A DNA stretch of 64,000 nucleotides from Octopus vulgaris. Its lineage: Eukaryota. The number at the start of each line of letters is the position of its first letter. Positions within the stretch are counted from its first letter, which is position 1. Positions 27,147 to 40,639 of this stretch are shown piece after piece. The notes under the pieces are model-generated. The model had not been told where the DNA came from, made no database searches, and worked only from the letters and a program-made list of their open reading frames with translations. The translations under genes and the position numbers were made by a program. The stretch is from assembly GCA_951406725.2 (NCBI GenBank), contig OX597816.1:128154001-128218000 (forward strand). The letters run 5' to 3'.

Positions 27147-27944
27147 CTATGGGTATCCTGCCATTAGTTTTCGTTGCTACTTTTCAGTAGTTGTTATTGT
27201 GTTATTTTTAGTAATCTAAAATTTTACAAGTAAATACTGGATTAACACTTTAACAACTTTTGTTCAAGAGTTCCTTCACAGCCTTCTATATTGGACAGTC
27301 AGAAAGCTGTGAAGCAGCTATTGAACAAAGATGGTTCTGAGAGGTTTCATAGACACTTTAATGGACTATAAATACCACATTAAATATTTAGCAAATTTCA
27401 ACCCAACATTTAGCTCCATCCTACTTCATTGACATAGTCATAGGCTTAGCTTTCTCAATTCTTATTTGACAGAAATACATGAAACCTTGATAAATGCTTT
27501 TGGCTTGTTAGTAAATGCATGAGGATTGTGTTTGTTTCTCATAAAGTACTTCCTTTTCATTTGTTGTGACGGAAGAGTTCTCTCCATAATATATGAGCTG
27601 TCTATAAATTATGTATAAGCACTATAACAAATACTAATTTTGAGAAAATTTTACTCTCCTTCTCGTAAGTTCTTCATTGTTATATTTCATTTTTGGTTGG
27701 TTTGTTTTGGTATTAGATATATGAGAATGTGTATGAATGCATGTATATGCTGCAGTATAAATATATAAATATTTAAACTTAAAATTGCATCTCAATTTAA
27801 ATGTAAAGATGATGATATCCTTCCAGTATAACTGTTGAACATATAGATGGTTAGATGAAGAACTTACAATGCTTTCAGTCAAATTAAATTGACATATGCA
27901 TGCCAATTAACGCTGCTACAAAAAAATCTTAGCAGTATCTAACA

Positions 27945-27981
<37 letters not shown>

Positions 27982-28057
27982 CTATCTATCTATCTATCTA
28001 TCTATATATATATATATGAAAGAAGGTTGGAAAATGCAATTTTAAAGATGCTTATTC

Positions 28058-28099
28058 ACTTGACCGGTTTCACTTTTTTAGAAAAAGATTGTCAAAAGT
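28058..28099 (-). ncRNA. minimal type-I hammerhead ribozyme, U3-A8 variant, GUC site
   Basis: Minus: ACTT-TTGACAA-T-CTTTTT(CTA)AAAAAG-T-GAA-ACCGGT-C-AAGT. Confidence 0.7.
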
Positions 28100-28282
28100 A
28101 AAATGTAAAGCTTTATATAAGCTTTGTTGTGTTAAGTACTGGTTGTCACAAAAGTATTAAAACACATATATACATTCTTTGATAATAATAAGAAAATGTT
28201 AAAAACAATTTACAAGAAAGTATTTAAGAAAATATTCAACAAAAAGTATTAGGAGTTCAATATAAATCATGTTTGTTTGGTA

Positions 28283-28319
<37 letters not shown>

Positions 28320-28814
28320 CACATACACAGAAGGAGATATATTTAAGAATTTACAAAAAATTGGAGAGGAACCAACCTGTCTTTTTGGCATTTTTTCTAT
28401 TTTGTGTGCAGCTAAGGAATGCTTGCTATTTTAAGGGACAGTGTGGGAGGTTAGTTGGGGTGGGGGAAGGAGGAGCAATGTGGTATTATAAGGATTTTTT
28501 GGGGTTTCTGGGCTAGTGTATCATGGTTCAATGGTTTTTGGGACTGGTCTTAGAGGTCAGAATGGTTTGAGTGTGTGTGTGTATGTGTTTGTGCACCTCT
28601 CTATGTGTGTGTGTATATACATGTGTTTGTGTGTGTGGGCCATTTTTGATTGGTCCCAGAGTTTATTGTGGTGTGTGAATATGGGTCTGTGTATGTGTGT
28701 GTCTGTGTGTGTAGCAACTCTCCTCAGCCTAGTTGCCAACAGCCCGGTCATGCAACAGGTTGTACTGGATTCCATGTTAGCAGTAGCACTTGTGAGAGCC
28801 TCATAAGTGACCTG

Positions 28815-28879
<65 letters not shown>

Positions 28880-28989
28880 GATTAAGGTAAACTTAATTGG
28901 AAATGGATGTGTTGTGTTCAATCAAATAATATAAATAATATATGTATTATGTATGTGTATATATATATATATATATATGCATATATACA

Positions 28990-29190
28990 CTTTTGCTTGT
29001 TTCAGTCATTTGACTGCGGCCATGCTGGAGCACCGCCTTTAATTTAGCAACTCGACCCCGGGACTTATTCTTTTGTAAGCCCAGTACTTATTCTATCGGT
29101 CTCTTTTGCCGAACCGCTAAGAAACGGGGACATAAATACACCAGCTTTGGTTGTCAAGCAATGCTAGGGGGACAAACACAGACACACAAA

Positions 29191-29240
<50 letters not shown>

Positions 29241-29375
29241 TATGACGGGCTTCTTTCAGTTTCAATCTACCAAAGCCTTGTGAGTGTATAAGACACTTTC
29301 CCAAGGTGCCACGCAGTGGGACTGATCCCGGAACAATGTGGTTGGTAAACAAGTTACTTACCACACAGCCACTCC
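28990..29375 (-). mobile_element. SINE family A
   Basis: Full motif set on minus. Confidence 0.9.
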
Positions 29376-29458
29376 AGCACCTATATATGTATAGATATGC
29401 ATATATGTATAGATATGCATATATATATATATGCATATATATATATATATATATATGC

Positions 29459-29493
<35 letters not shown>

Positions 29494-29554
29494 CACACAC
29501 ACATATATGTATAGATATGCATATACATATATGCATATATGTATATATATGCAT

Positions 29555-30812
29555 ATCATCATCATCATCATCATCATCGTTTAACGTCCGCTTTCCATGC
29601 TAGCATGGGTTGGACGGTTCAACTGGGGTCTGGGAAGCCCGAAGGCTGCACCAGGCCAGTCAGATGTGGCAGTGTTTCTACAGCTGGATGCCCTTCCTAA
29701 CGCCAACCACTCCGAGAGTGTAGTGGGTGATTTTATGTGCCACCGACACAGGTGCCAGACGAGGCTGGCAGACGGCCACACTCGGATGGTGTTTTTTATG
29801 TGCCACCGACACAGGTGCCAGACGAGGCTGGCAGACGGCCACGCTCGGATGGTGTTTTTTATGTGCCACCGACACAGGTGCCAGACGAGGCTGGCAGACG
29901 GCCACGCTCGGATGGTGTTTTTTATGTGCCACCGACACAGGTGCCAGACGAGGCTGGCAGACGGCCACGCTCGGATGGTGTTTTCTTATGTGTCACCGAC
30001 ACAGGTGCCAGACGAGGCTGGCCGGATGGTGTTTTCTTATGTGTCACCGACACAGGTGCCAGACGAGGCTGGCGGACGGCCACGCTCGGATGGTGTTTGT
30101 TACGTGCCCTCAGCACGGAGGCCAGTCATTGCGGTACTGGCTACGGTCACGTTCGGATGGTTTTCTTATGTGCCACCGGCACTGGTACCACAAGGATACA
30201 AATTCCATTGATGTTCATCTATTTTGATTTGGTTCGATTTGATTTGATACGATTCGATTCTCACTTGCCTCAACAAGTCTTCACAAGTGTCACAAGAAGG
30301 AAGGTATGCACAGGTGGACTGACTACGTCCCAGGTAGGGGCCACGGATTATGGCTTCACTAGTCTTGCCGGGTCTTCTCATGCACAGCATACTTCCATAG
30401 GTCTCGGTCTCTAGTCATTTCCATGGTGAGACCTAACGTCCGAAGGTCGTGCTTCACCACCTCGTCCCAGGTTTTCCTGGGTCTACCTCTTCCACGGGTT
30501 CCCTCAACTGCTAGGGATTGGCACTTTCTCACACACCTATCTTCATCCATTCTCGCCACATGACCATACCAGCGCAATCGTCTCTCTTGCACACAACAAC
30601 TGATGCTTCTTAGGTACAACATTTCTCTCAAGGTACTAACGCTCTGTCGAGTAAGTACACTGACATTACACATCTATCGGAGCATACTGGCTTCGTTCCT
30701 CACGAGCTTACGCATGTCCTCAGCAGTCACGGCCCATGTTTCACTGCCATGTAGCATAGCTGTTCGTACACATGCATCATACAGTCTGCCTTTTACTCTG
30801 AGCGAGAGGCCT
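29555..30812 (-). mobile_element. 5'-truncated RTE-clade LINE
   Basis: KGRLYDACVRTAMLHGSETW, RRLRWYGHVARMD, RGRGRPRKTW; 3' UTR with 63-bp tandem array and (GAT)n tail. Confidence 0.92.
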
Positions 30813-31029
30813 TTATATTTATAGATATGCATATATGTATATATATGCATATATTTATAGATATGCACATATATATATATATATATATGCATATATTTAT
30901 AGATATGCACACATATATATATATATATATTTATAGATATGCACACACACACATATATATATATGCATATATTTATAGATATGCACACACACACATATAT
31001 ATATATATATGCATATATTTATAGATATG

Positions 31030-31062
<33 letters not shown>

Positions 31063-31104
31063 CCCTCTCTCTCTTTCGGAGAGGCACAAGCACCTACACG
31101 TACA

Positions 31105-31262
31105 TGTACACACACGGCAGTAACTTCCGCCTGCCAAATTCAATCACAAAGCTTCGGTCGGCTCGGGGCCATAGCAGAAGACACCCACCCAAAGTGCCAC
31201 GCAGTGGGACTGAACCCGAAACCATGTAGCTAGGAAGCAAGCTCCCTAACCACACAGCCATG

Positions 31263-31266
<4 letters not shown>
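31105..31266 (-). mobile_element. SINE family A, 5' half
   Basis: Head with A/B boxes. Confidence 0.75.
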
Positions 31267-31301
<35 letters not shown>

Positions 31302-31309
31302 ACACATAT

Positions 31310-32815
31310 ATGTGAACTAGAGGAGAATTTTCGAGTGTGGAAACAAGGATTAGAATCTAAGGGCCTTAGAGTCAACCTAGCTAAAACCAAAGTCCTAATA
31401 AGTAGGAAGGCAGGCAAACCACAAATCCCTTCAGCTAGATGCCCTGCTCAATCTGTAGAAAAGGTGTAGGTAGAAACTCTACAAGATGTACCCAGTATAA
31501 GCTATGGACACATAAGAGGGGCAGCAATATCAAGTGAAGGCTAACTGGGAAGATAATTTTTCTATGTGGCAGATGCTCCGGAGCAATAAATGCTGAAAAT
31601 GTTCAGAGAACAACTTCTACCACATTCCAGGGAGAAAAACTAGAAGTAGTTGATAGCTTCTGTTACCTAGGTGACCAAGTCAGTAGAAGGGGAGGGTGTG
31701 CTGAAAGTGTAGCTGCTAGAATAAGAATAGCCTGGGCAAAGTTCAGAGAGCTCTTACCTCTGCTGGTGACAAAGGGCCTCTCGCTCAGAGTAAAAGGTAG
31801 ACTGTACAACGCATGTGTACGAACAGCCATGCTACATGGCAGTGAAACATGGGCCGTGACCGCTGAGGACATGCGTAAGCTAGCAAGGAATGAAGCCAGC
31901 ATGCTCCGATGGATGTGTAATGTCAGTGTGCATACTCAACAGAGTGTTAGTGCCTTGGGAGAAATGTTGGACCTAAGAAGCATCAGATATGGTGTGCAAG
32001 AGAGATGACTGCACTGATATGGTCACGCGGTGAGAATGGATGTGGATAGCTGTGAGAAAATGCGCCACACCCTAGCAGTTGAGGGAACCTGTGGAAGAGA
32101 TAGACCCAGGAAGACCTGGGAGGAGGTGGTGAAGCATGACCTTCAAACATTGGGCCTCACCGAGGCAATAACTAGCAACCGAGACCTTTGGAAATATGCT
32201 GTGCTTGAGAAGACTCAGCAAGCACAAGTGAGACCATAACCTTGTGGCCTATGCCAGGGGTGTAACCAGTCCACTTATGCGTACCTTTCCTTCATTGGAC
32301 ACTAAACTCTGCTTGCGAAGACCTGTTGAGGCAAGTGAAATCAAAATCAAATTCGATGACTGGCATCCATGCTAGTGGAGCGCTAAGAGTACCATACAAG
32401 CGAGATTATTGCCAGAGCAACAAGCTGGCCTCCATGGCGATGGCAGGTAAAAAACACCATTCAAACGTGATTGTTACCTGCATCGCCTTACTGGCATTTG
32501 TGCTGGTGGCACGTGAAAAAACATTTGAGAGAGGTCATTGCCAGTGCCGCTGGACTGGCTCCTGTGCAGGTGGCACATAAAAAGCACCATTTAAGCATGG
32601 CTGTTGCTAGTACCACTTGACTGGCCATCATATCAGTGACATGTAAAAGCACCTACAACACTCTCAGAGTGGTTAGCGTGAGAAAGGGCATCCAGCTGTA
32701 GAAAATCTGCCAGATCAGATTGGAGTCTGGTGCAGCCATCTGGCTCGCCAGACCTCAGTCAAATCGTCCAACCCATGCTAGCATGGAAAGTGGACGTTAA
32801 ACGATGATGATGATA
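31310..32815 (+). mobile_element. 5'-truncated RTE-clade LINE, same family as 29555-30812
   Basis: GLRVNLAKTKV, FCYLG, ARIRIAWAKF, LHGSETW, RPRKTW, with stops; (GAT)n tail. Confidence 0.92.
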
Positions 32816-33012
32816 TATATATATATATATCAAAAACGTTCATTCATACCTGTTGGGAACATAGTGCCAAGATCAAGTGTGAGGCGTTGATGCTTCTTTT
32901 GTTTTCTAGAGAAGGGGGGTATACATACATAAATATATATACATACATATACATGCATATATACACATACTTACATACACACACACACACACATGTTTGT
33001 ATAGTATGTATG

Positions 33013-34260
33013 TACCAGGTTCAATCAAAATTTGTCCATTTTATAAGGCAAAAAAAACAATAAACAAAACAATATCTGATATTTTCCATCGTTAATATAG
33101 TTACTATTCTTCTCTAATGACTACTTTCTGTCTGTGAATGAGCTTTTTAATGCCATGTTTATAAAATTCCTGAGGTTTAGAAGTGAAAAACGAAATTAAC
33201 TCATTTTCCACTTCTACTCTTAAAGTATATCTTAATCTACTCAAATGATTTTGTAAACTTCCAAAGAGATGGTAATCTGTGTGTGCAAGGTCTGGGGGTA
33301 ATGCATAATTTCCTAGGTATACATTTCTAGGAGATCTTTGTTCTTCTCTGCAGTGTGAGGTCTAGCGTTATCATGATAAAGGGTGACTTTTTTTATGTTT
33401 GTTAATAATGGAAGTTTTTGCTGTAAAGATGTTTTCAAACGTGTTAGCAGTAAGCATCAGCTGTTATTGCTTAATTATTATCTAGCAGCTCATGATGGAT
33501 TATTGTATGCATATCCCACCATACACTCAGAAAAATCTTCCTTGGATACAAGCTACTTCTGGGCTACTCAGCTGGCTCTTCACCATGACAGAGTCACTGA
33601 CGTTTTTGTTTGACATTATGGTAAGATATCCATTTTTCATCTCCAGTAATGAATCTATTCAAAAAAGGCATTTGAAGCCCATCAGATTGCATTGATGCAC
33701 AGCAGTCAAGACATTGCTTGTGGTTATCTGCAAAGGGACCATGCAGAACTCATTTTCCAAGCTTTGATACATGATGAATGGTGGTATGGCTCATGTTGAA
33801 GCCCGTGCTTAGTTCCTGAACTGTAACAGTCAGGTTTACTTCAACAGTGTCTTCCAATGCATCAGGAACCAACCTTTTGGGGTGCCCTTCTCTTATTCAA
33901 TCTGCAACAACACAACGTAAAATGTGAGGAATATTAATGCAGTATATGGGGATCGGACAATAAGTGTAAGCCAGTGACAATGGTGGTTCCAGAAATTCTG
34001 AGCTGGAAGCTACATCCTAGAAGACAAACTTTGTCCTGGAAGATTTGTAGAGCTCGATAAGGATGTCCTGCAAAACTCTGGAGGAACAAAATCCCATCGT
34101 AACTGTTAAGGAACTAGCAGAAAAGCTTGGATGTGGTCATTCAACCAGTCATTCAAGTCAGCACTAGAAGAAAAATGACCGTCTTTGGTTTCAAGACGAA
34201 AGGTGTTCTTCCATCAGGATCATGCTCAGCCACATACAGCGATGATGACATTCCAAAGGT
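33013..34260. mobile_element. degenerate mariner remnants (33013-33860 minus; 33900-34260 plus)
   Basis: Minus ITGDEKW-like, HDNARPH and YKHGIKKL motifs; plus HTH remnant and HQDHAQPH. Confidence 0.7.
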
Positions 34261-34616
34261 GATCTAAACGATCAGTATGCTAGGTAAGTGCTGTAACGGA
34301 TTACTATAGCTTCAAGGTTGTAGTCGAGATGGTAGTTATGGAGCCATTACAGATTTCTGATATAGCAGATATATAATTCCGTTGTGTCTGGGGAGAGTCA
34401 TTTTCTTTTTGCGCCTTATTATGTAACACACTCACACTCAAAGAAAATGACTCTCCCCAGACACAACAGAATATGCCTCAACACACGAACTCATATAAAG
34501 AATCTTGCAAACCAAATCCAAAAACGAAAGACATAATTGCTAAAGAGGACAACAAACGTTAAGGCAAGGCAAACATCTCAAGTAATATACATTATTATTA
34601 TTGGAAAAAATTCAAA

Positions 34617-34672
34617 GTCTTACAGCTGTTTCTGGAATATCTCAGAGTATGAGATATTCTGTCATCAGAGAC
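34617..34672 (-). ncRNA. type-I hammerhead ribozyme with canonical core
   Basis: Minus: GTCT-CTGATGA-CA-GAATATCTCA(TACTC)TGAGATATTC-CA-GAA-ACAGCTGT-A-AGAC; lies next to the inverted repeat at 34375-34475. Confidence 0.8.
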
Positions 34673-34849
34673 AAATAGGCAAAATGAGAAGGATATAGAT
34701 TAATGAAATGATGGCATAGAGGACAGGAGTAAAGGAATAAGGAGATAAAGAGAAAAATAGGGAAAATGAGGAAGACATATATATATACATACATACATAC
34801 ACCACTGACCAGTAATTGCACAACACATGTACTCACTTTTATTATTGAT

Positions 34850-35042
34850 TTTAAATTTTGGCACGGTTCCAGCAATTTTAGGAAGTGGTTGAGTCAATTG
34901 CATCAATCCCAGTGCTCGGCTGGTACTTATTTTATCTTCTATGAAACAATGCAAAGCAAAGTCAACGTTGGCAGAATTCAAACTCAGAAAGACAGATGAA
35001 ATGCTGCTAAGTGCTTTGTCCAATTCTACCAGCTTACTGCTT
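34850..35042 (-). mobile_element. degenerate SINE family B
   Basis: Head and core motifs. Confidence 0.6.
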
Positions 35043-35532
35043 TACATTGGAAGATATCATGCATTAACAAGCAAGAATAGCAGGAAATTCCATTTAGAAA
35101 CCAATCCAACTTAATCTCATTATTACCCAAATTCCTTATCATAAAGGTGTAAGCCTTACATCCGTATTCAATCTGATTGTTGATAGTTAAGGTGGTTGCA
35201 ATAATTTTCATTATTGTAGAATAATAGCTGCTTGTGTACAGAGTTCAACAGTATACAGTGATTGGTTGCACACTATAATTGGCTGGCTAAATGTCACAGA
35301 CTTTCTTTCCAATTCAGTGGAAATCTTCTACCAATTAATTACAATAATTAAAAATAAATGTGCTTTTAAATATTACATTATCCATAAATTAAAGAATTAA
35401 ACTTGGATTCTTCATCAGATGTGTTTCTATTTAATAAATGTGAACAAGTGTAAACAAACAGATTAGGAAAGCAAAGCAAGTATTAGTGAGGACTACTGCA
35501 GTAATACATGGTCTTATAAGTGTTTTCTTTGC

Positions 35533-35848
35533 AGGCATGGTGTGTGGTCAAGAAGATTGTTTTGCAACCATATAGGTTCAAGTTCAGTCCCACTGCACAG
35601 CATCTTGGGCAATTGTTTCTGCTATACCCAGGGCCAACCAATGCCTTGAAAGCATGTTGTGCATACATGCATGCATGTGTGTGTGAGTAGTTGTGTTTGT
35701 CCCACCACCACTGCTTGACAACAGGTGTCAGTTTATGTCCCTATAACTTTGCAGCTCAGCAAAAGAGACCGATAAAATAAGAACCAGACTTATTTGTTTG
35801 ACTTTTGCTGGTGCACCACTAATGAGAAAAACAAGTAAAAGATAAAAG
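35533..35848 (+). mobile_element. degenerate SINE family A
   Basis: Head and tail motifs. Confidence 0.7.
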
Positions 35849-36861
35849 CATAAATTAATAACTTTAAAGGAGGTTTGTGAACAATTCTAGTTTAATAATA
35901 GATTTAGTGCTTCATTAAATGGAGCATAAATTTTTTTCTTAATTGTGTCAGTCTAACTAAATTTATTGATAAAATACTGTCACTGACATGAAATTGGGTG
36001 ACAGCATTTAATAAAATATAAAAGAATATATTTTTGACTTCAGATATTAAACAGTGTTTTGTCTTAGTGAAATACTATACTTAAAAGTCAATGAAGAAAC
36101 TTATGTATATTCACTTGAACTACCCCAAGAGACTGTAGGAAAATATTTCACTCCTTTAAATTAGGGGTCATATATTTAAAGCTACAAATATTGGGATATA
36201 AGGGCTATTGGCTGATCACAATCACCAGAAGCAACACATAATATTGATTTATTCTGAACGGGCAACAAGCCAGTTGTTTCTCAATGAAAGATACAGCTCA
36301 GTAACTCTATTCCAGTACACAACACTGTTTATTATATCAACACTTAAGAAATGAAAGGCAAAAGTGCCTTTGATGAAATTTCAGCTTAAAATCAAGAGTG
36401 ATGAATATAAAGTGTCATCAAACTATGAAAGGACTACAAAAACCAATCAGCCATGTGCGAAATGGTGCAGCACCAGAAACATTATAGTAATATACATGGA
36501 CCATAGCAAGGTTAAGTGGTTTAAGTCGCTTTGTGATTACTGTTTCTTCTCCTAATTTTTCCTTCGCCTTTTTAAATTTAATCAGCAGCAACATCTTCAT
36601 TGCTGTTTTCATCATCGTTGCCATCATCATCAACATCGTCATCAATTTAATATCCACTTTTCCACACTTGTATGGATGAGCTGGAATTTGTTAAGATAGA
36701 TCTATTGCTGGATGCCTTTTCAGTCACCAACTCTTGCTTTAACTAACTAAGCTATTTTTTCCATAGCCAGACATGTTTCCATGGAACAGTAGAAATGATC
36801 AACACTCATATATGATGCTGGAATGCTTTTACAATCAATTATATAATTTTACTGAAGAAAT

Positions 36862-37372
36862 AGGTGTAGGAGTGGCTGTGTGGTAAGTAGCTTGCTTACG
36901 AACCACGTGGTTCCGGGTTCAGTCCCTCTGCATGGCACCTTGGGCAAGTGTCTTCTGCCATAACCTCGAGCTGACCAAAGCCTTGTGAGTGGATTTGGTA
37001 GACAGAAACTGAAAGAAGCCTGTCGTATGTATGTATATATATATCACCGTGACCGACCAGGCTATCAGATGTTGCTACACATCGCTGGTCACAATGCGTT
37101 TCGCATTGTTTTAGCCTTCAAATGACGCCACCCCGCTGGCTAAGCGAGCAGACCAGTATTTATATATATATATATGTATGTGTGTGTGTTTGTCTCCCCA
37201 ACATCACTTGACAACTGATGCTGGTGTGTTTATGTCCCTGTAACTTAGTGGTTCAGCAAAAGAGACCGATAGAATAAGTCCTGTGGTCGCTTTGCTCCAC
37301 TAAAAGTGGTGCACCAGCATGGCCACAGTCAAATGACTAAAACAAGTAAAAGAGTAAAAGGGTAAAGAGTAA
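36862..37372 (+). mobile_element. SINE family A with a ~110-bp CpG-rich insert in its TA tract (37045-37155)
   Basis: Full head and tail; insert flanked by TA repeats. Confidence 0.85.
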
Positions 37373-37809
37373 ATATGGTAGAAAATTCCAAGTGATTTTT
37401 GTGCTCATTTGTGAAACTCCATGTCCCACCCTCGTAAGTCCAAGATTGAAAATAATGTTATGGAACTAGATACTAATAATAAATTTTTGTTTGTTGATCT
37501 TTTGTGCTGTAAATTTTCAATTTAAACAAAATAATGTTGGTATGGTCTTAAACTTATTTTAATGACAATTTCTAATCATTTGAATTAATTGCACATTAAC
37601 ATTATTCAAATTGCAGAAAGATATATAATACCTATATCATTTGAAAGAGAAAAAAATTCTACATAAACTGTATAAAGTAAAATAATTTTATACAGTTTTG
37701 TTAAAAATAAATTAATGAAAGAACAGAACTGTCATCATCAGTCTTAAACTTATTTTGGCTAGTGTATGTGTGCATGTGTGTTTATTTATATATATATATA
37801 TATATATAT

Positions 37810-38615
37810 AGGACATGATAAATAAATTGTCGCCATTCTAGATTTTTGATTTCATGCATGCACATTGTTTTTGATTTTGTCGACTATACAGTATAGTAGG
37901 GTCAGTTGGGCACTGTCTGTGGGAAAAGCATCACCATGATCCAATTCTCTCTGCCAGAAATTTGGAAACGACATGCTTGTACTACTGCGTGGCATTTGTG
38001 CAGGAAGCTCCAATACAAACAGATAGTGAACACACAGAACAACCATTGGCTTGCCATGTCCCTAAGTCATGTACTGAGAGTGATGAAAATCAAACACCCA
38101 GTCAACATCATGATGTTTGGAGTGATCACTAGTGATGGCGATGTTATGCATCCATTCATCTACCCACATGGCCTCACCATGGAGGCCTACATCAAGTGCC
38201 TGGTGGTGTTAGTGCTGCCCTGAGCCAAGAGGGTGGCTACTGGAAGACCACATGTCTAGCAACAGGACTCTGCACTATGCCACACAAGCAGAAGAACCCA
38301 GTCACGGCTGTCAGACAATTTCTGTGACCACATCAACCCTAACATCTGGCCAACTAACTCCTCAGACTGCAACTTACTAGATTATTATGTGTGAGGCACA
38401 GTTGAGCAGGAGACCAACAAAACTCCTTGTAACACCAAAGATGAACTGAAGGCAAGGATTATGGTAATATTCACCAACTTAAATAAGGAGATTACTCAGA
38501 AGAGTTGCAGAAGATTCCAAAGTCATCTGTAGGCTATGGCTGAAGCCAATGGTGATTTTATTGGATAAATTTACTCTTTAGTATTTTAAGATATTTTTAT
38601 GTAATTTTGGTAAAT
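37810..38615 (+). mobile_element. internally deleted DD37D (maT-type) transposon
   Basis: QQDSALCH..WPTNSSDCNLLDY; I counted 37 residues between the second and third catalytic D; internal stops. Confidence 0.85.
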
Positions 38616-39065
38616 GCTACCAATGCTCTACCATCTATCTGGCAGACTTGCAAGGCCCTTCTTCCAAAATTCACTTGTCCGTGATGAAAAATACTCCACC
38701 AGTACTGTTCTGACCTCATCTACAGAATTTTTATTTTTTCCATCCAAATGATTTTGAAGACTGCAGAAAAAATGATAATCAGATGGGACAATGTCCACAA
38801 ATATGGTGGGTGGGGTATTGCTTCCCATTCAAACTGTTCCATCCTTTGGAATGTCATCCTTGCTGTATGTGGCCGAACATTATCTTTATGGAAGAACATC
38901 TTTTGTTTTGAAACCAAAGGGGGTCGTTTTTTTCTTGTGCTGATTTAAGCTCAAGTTGCTTGCAATAGATCTTCTTTGTTATCGTTTAGTTTGGGTTTAA
39001 AAGTTCTATGCAGACTAAACCTTTCATATCCCACTAAACAGATAACAAGATGGAAGATGGAAGGT
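38616..39065 (-). mobile_element. mariner transposase 3' fragment
   Basis: HKDNVRPH, HPPY, PSDYHFF..LQNHL, GLASLPDRW. Confidence 0.85.
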
Positions 39066-39164
39066 ACAAGAATTTTTATTAATCACTACAATTGTTTTGA
39101 CACATTTAGCAGCAATCCCTCATGGATAGAATACTTAGCACACTGATAGATTATATATATATAT

Positions 39165-39325
39165 ATATGACAGGCTTCTTTCGGTTTCTGTCTACCCAAT
39201 CCCCTCACAAAGCTTTGGTTGGTCTGGGCTCTAAAAGAAGACACTTGCCTAAGATGCCAGGCAGTGTGACTGAACCCAGAACCATGTGGTTGAGAAGCAA
39301 ACTTTTTACCACACAGCCATGCCTT
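39165..39325 (-). mobile_element. SINE family A, 5' half
   Basis: Head motifs. Confidence 0.7.
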
Positions 39326-40030
39326 TTCATAGTTTCAACCTTCCGACTCCACACAATAAATATATATTTGTATGTGCGAGTACACACACACACACACAGA
39401 GATAATAGCATGTCTTGGTATAAGATTAGAGAAGCTGATTCAAAATATGAATTACTGGAGATTATACACAGGATTACATATGAAAAGGTGGACATCTTTC
39501 ATTCCCTAAAAGTATTTCTAAATATAATATATGCCAGTAAATGAGCACTGCAAAGCTTAGCTTTAGTTGGAAATATTATAACAATAAACAGTCCAACCCA
39601 TGCTAGCATGGAAAATGGACGCTAAACGATGATGATGATGATGATGATGAAACAAATTTAATAAACTTCAATATCAAATAATCATTCACTGCAGTTGCAA
39701 TATTACAAAAACAGGGTTAATGATATTAAGAGTTATTGCAAAACTAGAATAATTATAAAACAAACCTGAAATATATTAGCCAGTGGTAGTTTTATAGATT
39801 AAAATTGCTGATATAATTTGCAATGTCTATCTCTCTCTCTCCCTACCCCCTCTATCTACTTTTCTCTTTGTCTAGTCCACTGGCCCACAGTGAAAATACT
39901 GACAGATCATTTAGTTAGCTGAGATGTGACTCTCTCATTATGTCTGCACTTTAGTTAACTGAATACTGAACATTATATAAGTTTAACTGTCCATGTGTAG
40001 TCATATATACATACCCACAAATGATATATT

Positions 40031-40066
<36 letters not shown>

Positions 40067-40481
40067 GATATATTTGCATGTATATTTTATTATTTATTAA
40101 ATGCTAAAGAGAAAGTCGATTTTATTAAATCATACTTTGTGGCAAAATAGAGTTTGCCACAAGTAATTAACTACACAAATTAATATTTATCAATCATGAA
40201 TTTTCCATGGGTATCCACGAATATTGTTGATGAAAAAAAAGTTAATGTGCAAATAATGAGACTATATTAAGGTATCCAAAAGTTGTAAAAAATACAGGGA
40301 TGTATTTAGCAGTTAAGCTAAACAGTTAAGAAGTTCACTTCACAATTGCATGGCTCTTTGTTTTGAACTCACTATGCAGCATTTTGAACAAGTGTCTTCT
40401 AACATAGCCTTGCGATAACTATTACCTCATGAATGGAATTTTTTCTTGGTGTAAACTGTGTTAAGTCTGTCATGTGTGTAA

Positions 40482-40522
<41 letters not shown>

Positions 40523-40639
40523 TGAGGGTAAAATTAATTAATCAATTTCACCAAGTGTTCAGTATGTAAAAGGACCATTTAAGGCGAATTCAAAATAAGC
40601 CCTAATTATATAATATATATATATATATATACTTTAATT

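Noticed and set aside
29597-30414. Repetitive 166-225 aa ORFs; possible CRISPR-like array
   Set aside because: These are tandem units of a LINE 3' UTR with no unique spacers, in a eukaryotic context
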